From Clostridiaceae bacterium (lineage in GTDB: Bacteria > Bacillota > Clostridia > Saccharofermentanales > DTU023): a DNA stretch of 62,753 bases. A program made the translations under genes and the position numbers. Shown in pieces: positions 58,201-62,753 of this stretch. Numbering within the stretch: the stretch's first letter is position 1; every line of letters starts with the position of its first letter. The DNA lies in the NCBI GenBank assembly GCA_012838355.1, contig DUPJ01000013.1, positions 1 through 62,753 of the forward strand, given 5' to 3'. The notes beneath the pieces are model-generated. The model made no database searches, had not been told where the DNA came from, and saw only the letters and a program-made list of their open reading frames with translations.

Positions 58201-59507
58201 ATGATGCCGTCACTGATGTGCACGCACTTCATGTCCTGACCGCCAATGTCGAGAATAAAGTCGACATCCGGCTGAAACTCACGGGCACCGCGATAATGGG
58301 CCATTGTTTCGACCGTTCCGTCGTTGACGCAAAATGCGGCCCTGACAAGCTGTTCGCCATAGCCTGTCGCCATGGCGTAGGGAATCTCAATATCGTCGCC
58401 GAGCGTGTCATACATGCCGGACAGCATCGCTTTCGCTGTTTCGACCGGCTGGCCGTCATTGGCACGATAATCGGTATGCACAATCTTCCCGCCTTGATCG
58501 ACGAGGACGATTTTCGTCGTCGTACTCCCCGCATCGATGCCAAGGAAATAAGGCGGTGTACCGCCTTCTTCGGCAAACAGGGCGCTTTTTGCCGAATGAT
58601 GACGGGTGTGAAACTGTACCCGCTCTTCCTCAGTCTCAAACAGCGGGGCCAGCGTTTTTATCGGATCGCCATCCGCACGTCGCCGCCGCCAGCGCGCCAG
58701 ATATGCCGCGGCCGTAAAATGGGGCTCCTTTGCAAGCATGGCAGCGCCCATCGCAACAAAATACTGCGCGTTCTGCGGGCGGATGAACGAATGCACCTGC
58801 CGATCGAGCGTCCGCTCGAAGGCATAGGCCAGCTGATCCAGAAAGTGGAGCGGACCGCCCAGCAAAACGACGTGACCGCGAATCGGCCGTCCGCACGCCA
58901 GTCCGGCAATCGTCTGGTTGACGATCGCCTGAAAAACAGACGCTGCCAGATCGGCTCGTGATGCCCCGTCGTTGATCAGGGGCTGCAGATCGGATTTGGC
59001 AAAAACCCCGCAGCGAGACGCGATCGGGTACAGCGTTCGATGATCACCAGCCAGCTCATTCAGTCCCGCTGCATCCGTTTGCATCAGACTGGCCATCTGG
59101 TCAATGAATGAACCGGTTCCGCCTGCACAGACGCCGTTCATGCGCTGTTCCGGCGACGGTTTGAGGTACGTGATTTTGGCATCTTCTCCGCCCAGCTCGA
59201 TGATGACATCGGCCTCCGGGTAAAAGGTCATAACGGGCTTCGTTCCGGCTACCACCTCCTGCACAAACGGCAATCCAAGAGTCTTTGCCACATTCATGCC
59301 GCCCGAGCCGGTCACAGCTAGTGCCAGCGGCTCCTCCCCGCATCGGTTATCCAGGGCGACGAGCAAACGCTCGAGCTCCTTTCCAATATCCGCATGATGA
59401 CGCACATATTCGGATAATACCGGCTGACCCTTCTTTTCCAGCCACAATTTAATTGTCGTCGAGCCGATATCGATGCCGGCTCTATAGCTGCCGTTTGATT
59501 TTGTCAT
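55278..59507 (-). CDS. 1409-aa fusion: two BcrAD/BadFG-type ATPase (activase) modules + DUF2229-like region + 2-hydroxyacyl-CoA dehydratase-like domain
   Basis: Two actin-fold starts (GIDIGSTTIKLWL and GIDAGSTTTKIVLVD) are each followed by a cluster-Cys motif (CAGGTGSF and CSSGCGSF). Next comes a Cys-rich linker (CRRCENRCKLT..GNRCERG), then a long C-terminal dehydratase-like region. Its ATG overlaps the PBP stop (ATGA). Confidence 0.8.
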   Translation of the reverse strand: MTKSNGSYRAGIDIGSTTIKLWLEKKGQPVLSEYVRHHADIGKELERLLVALDNRCGEEPLALAVTGSGGMNVAKTLGLPFVQEVVAGTKPVMTFYPEADVIIELGGEDAKITYLKPSPEQRMNGVCAGGTGSFIDQMASLMQTDAAGLNELAGDHRTLYPIASRCGVFAKSDLQPLINDGASRADLAASVFQAIVNQTIAGLACGRPIRGHVVLLGGPLHFLDQLAYAFERTLDRQVHSFIRPQNAQYFVAMGAAMLAKEPHFTAAAYLARWRRRRADGDPIKTLAPLFETEEERVQFHTRHHSAKSALFAEEGGTPPYFLGIDAGSTTTKIVLVDQGGKIVHTDYRANDGQPVETAKAMLSGMYDTLGDDIEIPYAMATGYGEQLVRAAFCVNDGTVETMAHYRGAREFQPDVDFILDIGGQDMKCVHISDGIIDSIAVNEACSSGCGSFIQTFAAALNVSVEAFADLAVQAKMPVDLGTRCTVFMNSRVKQAQKQGSKVADISAGLAYSVVRNALYKVIKIKDPEQLGRHIVCQGGTFLNDAILRAFEKVLGRPVVRPSLAGLMGAYGAALMAKEAAPAGSRQTVLRREALTALRQKTTLTMCRRCENRCKLTISRFGDRINVSGNRCERGAGAEKKISELPNLVRHKYERTFGYEPRSMDAAPCGEIGIPRALNMFENYPFWFTFLDQLGFRVVLSGSTSAALFESGMDSIPSESICYPAKLAHGHIEDLISRGVKTIFYPDVVLEDELVPGADKTYNCPIVASYPEVIRTNLERLKGEGIRFINPFVGLHDHKHLARRLFPYFADFGVSREQVRRAVRAACEEDKRYHEDLFAKGEDALDRMEKDGGFGIVLAGRPYHADPGIHHGIPELINQLGLTVFTEESILRGRLSERPLRVVDQWAYHSRLYAAASRVAERDDLELVQLNSFGCGLDAITTDQVEEILRAHGKIYTCLKIDEVSNLGAARIRLRSLLVAMEERRRQQRPASGARYAARRVEFTGEMRANHTILAPQMSPIHFRLVEQVFRQAGYRLKILEKALPADVETGLRFVNNDACYPTVMVVGQLMRALLSGDYDRQNTSVMITQTGGGCRATNYVALLRKALKDAGLEEIPVIALSASGIESNSGFHYAPFMLHRGIQAIIAGDVLQNVLLRVRPYEAFPGQANQLYEEWSSRFSRYFGSSRPARPLAGLIRECVRAFDTMELVTEPNRQRVGLVGEILVKFQPDANNHAIDFIEAEGFEAAMPNLLDFFLYCFYNQKWSRQALNTSFLSERAATLAVNLMERYRKAANRALAASRRFHPGKSIAAVAEHAKQVLSLGNCAGEGWFLTGEMLELIADGVPNIICAQPFACLPNHVTGKGMIRAIRKLHPDANIVPVDYDPGTSEVNQQNRIKLMLSRAKDHLSG

Positions 59508-60910
59508 GGTCCTATTTTAGCCGTTCGCGCCAGCAAATCACCCGCAATCTGCGCACCGCTGTAGCCTTTGTTTTCGAGAATAACAGCCACCGCATACGGG
59601 TACCCGGGCGTGGCATCAAAGCCTGTAAACAGCGTATAAATTTCCGTCTCGCCCGCTTCATTCCTGGTTTCCATGGTCCCTGTCTTGCCGCCGATTGTGT
59701 GTCCTGCGACTTGTGCAGCCGTTCCCGTGCCGTTTTGCACGGCCGCCGTCATCAGCTGTTTCAGGGTCGGCCAGGTACGGGCCGGCACATTCAAAAGAGT
59801 GCGCACTTCTCGCTCGCCGTACCGTTCGCCAAGCGGATCCGTCAGGCTGCCGACCACATGCGGCACCATCATCCGGCCGTCATTGGCGACTGCGCCGGCA
59901 ATCATGGCCAGATGCAAAGGCGACATCGTTTCAACCGTGTCGCCCGCCGGCTGTCCGACGGCTGCCCAGCTGAGCAGTGGCAGATCGTCTCTGGTCACCT
60001 GAATGCGGCTTGCCGTTGCCGTCAGATACGGCAGTCCAAGCGTGCGGCCGAAGCCGAACGCCGCGGCTTCCGCTTCCAGCGAAGCGGCACCGACATCCAT
60101 ACCAACCTGTCCGTAGAATATATTGCAGGAGTTGCAAAAGGCCGCCGTCAGATCGACCCGTCCGTGCGCAGCAGCCGCATAGTTTTCAAACGCGCCGCTC
60201 TCGATCACGGGAACGTGCCCCTCGCAGTCAACGTGAAGCGCCGCATCATACGCCGCGGAGCCGAGCCAGGCTGACGTCGTGATAATTTTGAATGTAGATC
60301 CGGGTATGAACCGGCCGTTCAGTGCACGGTTAAACAGCGAACCGTCCGGAATATTGACCCAGCTGATAACATTCGCCGGCAAAGTAGACGGCGACGATAC
60401 TGCCGCAATGACGTCGCCCGTCCGGTAATTCAGCAGAACGACAGCGCCTTTTTGCCCGCCCATCAGCTGATAGGCGCGGCTCGACAGCGACGAACTGATC
60501 GTGAGATGGACATCATCCCCGCGGTAGCCCAGACCGCGCACATCAAGATTGAGCTGTTTCAAAAGATCCGATCGGTTGCCGAGCAGCGGTCCCTGGAGCT
60601 GGCTTTCGATCGTGTTCGTGATGTTGTGCGTGTAATCGCCGACGATGTGAAGCATCGCGAGCGCCACTTGAGGATCGGCTGCATACGCTCTTTCTCCGGA
60701 CGATGAGTCAGCCAGAATCACACCGTCGGCTGCGATGATTTTGCCGGCCTGGCGATAGCGTTCCCGCAGAATCTGCTTGTTTTCACCGGCAACGGCACGA
60801 AAGTGTGTTTCACTTCGGCGCTGCTGGACAACGAGTCCGGCCAGCGTGGCGACGGACAGGATCAGGAAAAAGACCAGAATGATTTTTACGTTTCGCAGCA
60901 GCTGTTTCAT
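59504..60910 (-). CDS. class B penicillin-binding protein (PbpA/FtsI-type transpeptidase)
   Basis: 468-aa ORF with an N-terminal TM anchor and the SxxK (STFK), SxN (SCN) and KTG (KTGT) motifs. Confidence 0.88.
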   Translation of the reverse strand: MKQLLRNVKIILVFFLILSVATLAGLVVQQRRSETHFRAVAGENKQILRERYRQAGKIIAADGVILADSSSGERAYAADPQVALAMLHIVGDYTHNITNTIESQLQGPLLGNRSDLLKQLNLDVRGLGYRGDDVHLTISSSLSSRAYQLMGGQKGAVVLLNYRTGDVIAAVSSPSTLPANVISWVNIPDGSLFNRALNGRFIPGSTFKIITTSAWLGSAAYDAALHVDCEGHVPVIESGAFENYAAAAHGRVDLTAAFCNSCNIFYGQVGMDVGAASLEAEAAAFGFGRTLGLPYLTATASRIQVTRDDLPLLSWAAVGQPAGDTVETMSPLHLAMIAGAVANDGRMMVPHVVGSLTDPLGERYGEREVRTLLNVPARTWPTLKQLMTAAVQNGTGTAAQVAGHTIGGKTGTMETRNEAGETEIYTLFTGFDATPGYPYAVAVILENKGYSGAQIAGDLLARTAKIGP

Positions 60911-62685
60911 TTTGCTATCACGCGCCGAACTTTCTCATAGGCTCCCGCCTCGGTCCGCGTCTGCACACCGAGCATCACGCCGAGCAATATAGTCTTGGCA
61001 AGCATCGAACTGCCCCCCTGTGCGATAAATGGCAGCGTCACGCCGGTCAGCGGAATCAGCCCGGTCGTTCCGCCGATCACGACGAGCGCTTCCATGAAAA
61101 ACAAGGATGCCGCACCGAACAGAACACTCGAAGAAAAACCGTCGCGCGCAATCACTGCAGAGCCAGCACCGCGCAGCCAGATGACCACAAACAAGATAAC
61201 AACGGACAGACCGACCAGCATGCCGAACTCTTCGGCCAAAACAGAAAAAACCATATCTGACGATGCGAGCGGAATCCCGCCCGGAGCGCCGTTGCCGAGT
61301 CCGACGCCAAAAAGCCCGCCCCGGGCAACCGCCTGCAGCCCGTAAACAATCTGGCGGTTCTGGTCATTGATTTCTTCCCACAGAGACATCCAGCCAAAGA
61401 TGCGCCGCTGCACGTAAGGAAACAGCCGATAAGCAGCAACAGCCAGGGCACTGCCGCCAATCAGGATGAGAATTGTCTTCAGAAACTCGGATGTCATGAC
61501 AGCAAAAACAATCAGGGTGACCGGCAGCAGGATCATGATCGATCCGAGATCGGGAAGCAAAAACATCAGGCCGAAATTGAACGCCGCCCAGCCGGCAAAG
61601 AGCCATTGTATCTTTGCCGTCGGCCGGTTCTTGAATACATAGGCCAGTACGAGCACATAGAGAATTTTAGCAAACTCAGTCAGCTGAAGCGAAATACCGC
61701 CCGGAAGATAAAGCCAGAGGCGTGCACCGTGCGTTTCGCCGCCGCGCCCCGCGGCATAAGTCACAAGATAGAAAAGCGGTGTCAGGATGATACCGGCCAC
61801 TGCCAGCTTTTCCAGCAGGCGGCCACGCCCCGCAATCAGGACAACGAACGGCAGCACGACGAATCCGAGGACGAGCGCACCGCCCTGAACGTAGTAGACG
61901 CGCGAAAGACGCGCTATTCGTTCTGCCTGAAGTACCGGATCGTCCGGCAGGATCTGCCCGATAAACGTCAGTCTGGCCTGCAGAATCAGGCCGATACCTG
62001 CCAGAAGCAAAATCGTCTGAAAAAGCACGGCATCAAAACCGCGGATGATCTGACCGAATATGGCCCAGATCAGAATACCGCAGAAAACAAATGCGCCAAG
62101 CGCAATCATGAATACAGGGCGAAATGCCGCAAGGCTGCCGCGCAGCTGGAAAAACATCAGCACGCCCGCGGCACCGATAAAAGCCAGCGTCAGGATGAGG
62201 GCAAACGGCGAGGCTCCCGATGGCATCGGCTGCTGCAGAAGCGGCTCGCCGTAAAGTCGGTCGTCAATGAAGTTGAACAATCCCGTACCGAGTCCGATTG
62301 AATCGCCGTGCGTCAGTTTCGTTTCTTTATCAACCGAGACACCGTTATGCCAGATGTCGGCTCCGCTCTCGAGCGGTCTCAAATACCAGACACCGTTAAA
62401 CAGGTAGATCATGGCATGATTCTTGCGCACGCCTTTTTCCTTGCGCCGGATATCGGCAAAGCGGCTTGTCCCGATTATCGTCGTGTGAAATAGTTTCTGA
62501 GCCCGCGCCAGCTTGCGGTCCAGAACATCGCTTTGAATGAGAAAAAAACCGTGTACCGGATGCAGCGCCCAGCGCATTTTCTTTCTCATGCCGCCGACGC
62601 CGTGATGAAGCAGCATCACGGCAGCCCACACGATCACAAACGCAAATGCGTAGCGGGCGATATGAGCAATGCCTGAAAGTGTCAT
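60907..62685 (-). CDS. SEDS-family peptidoglycan polymerase (FtsW/RodA/SpoVE) with an N-terminal TM helix and FHA-like domain
   Basis: 592-aa ORF. Residues ~45-150 look like an FHA domain (..IIGTSRFADIRRKEKGVRKNHAMIYLFNGVWYLRPLESGADIWHNGVSV..LTHGDSIGLG). The rest is a 10-TM SEDS core (PSEFAKI-like LTEFAKILYVL; GGGIPLASSDMVFSVLAEEFG; GVTLPFIAQGGSS). Confidence 0.8.
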   Translation of the reverse strand: MTLSGIAHIARYAFAFVIVWAAVMLLHHGVGGMRKKMRWALHPVHGFFLIQSDVLDRKLARAQKLFHTTIIGTSRFADIRRKEKGVRKNHAMIYLFNGVWYLRPLESGADIWHNGVSVDKETKLTHGDSIGLGTGLFNFIDDRLYGEPLLQQPMPSGASPFALILTLAFIGAAGVLMFFQLRGSLAAFRPVFMIALGAFVFCGILIWAIFGQIIRGFDAVLFQTILLLAGIGLILQARLTFIGQILPDDPVLQAERIARLSRVYYVQGGALVLGFVVLPFVVLIAGRGRLLEKLAVAGIILTPLFYLVTYAAGRGGETHGARLWLYLPGGISLQLTEFAKILYVLVLAYVFKNRPTAKIQWLFAGWAAFNFGLMFLLPDLGSIMILLPVTLIVFAVMTSEFLKTILILIGGSALAVAAYRLFPYVQRRIFGWMSLWEEINDQNRQIVYGLQAVARGGLFGVGLGNGAPGGIPLASSDMVFSVLAEEFGMLVGLSVVILFVVIWLRGAGSAVIARDGFSSSVLFGAASLFFMEALVVIGGTTGLIPLTGVTLPFIAQGGSSMLAKTILLGVMLGVQTRTEAGAYEKVRRVIAK

Positions 62686-62690
62686 GTCAA

Positions 62691-62753
62691 TTACTTAAGC
62701 AACTGGTCCAGAAATGAGCCGAGACCGCTCTCCGATGCATTGATGATGCCTTC
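62691..62753 (-). CDS. 3' end of an unidentified gene (continues past the right edge)
   Basis: The minus-strand frame reads ..EGIINASESGLGSFLDQLLK* and ends 5 nt before the SEDS gene start. It is too short to assign. Confidence 0.3.
   Translation of the reverse strand, partial: EGIINASESGLGSFLDQLLK

Overview
GC-rich chromosomal segment that looks like a Clostridia-type Firmicute, judged from gene content and order: a SCIFF peptide with its maturase, dnaG-rpoD-trmK-nif3, the Asp23/AmaP/DUF2273-nusB block, and queA-tgt-yajC. Most of the window is housekeeping. About 85% of genes are on the minus strand, in long arrays whose stop and start codons often overlap (ATGA or TAATG). I call about 60 CDSs, with several ORF-track starts trimmed to RBS-supported starts. 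I also call 3 tRNAs (Gly-UCC, Arg-UCU, Pro-UGG), an RNase P RNA, and a few sigma-70-type promoters and terminators. I saw no CRISPR array, IS element, integrase or prophage. There are four main points of interest. (1) A 48-aa SCIFF-type six-cysteine peptide gene, too short for the ORF track, sits directly upstream of its radical SAM/SPASM maturase. (2) A near-consensus promoter carries two LexA (Cheo) boxes and drives a 66-aa single-pass membrane protein plus a CPHC redoxin; this is a candidate, uncharacterised SOS-induced effector or division inhibitor. (3) An FHA-like-SEDS fusion, a class B PBP and a 1409-aa double-activase/dehydratase-like fusion are linked by ATGA overlaps. (4) An MBOAT acyltransferase is followed by a DHHW/AlgJ-like partner that is cut off after about 135 aa. 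Functional calls rest on recognisable motifs and remembered family similarity. No database search was run.
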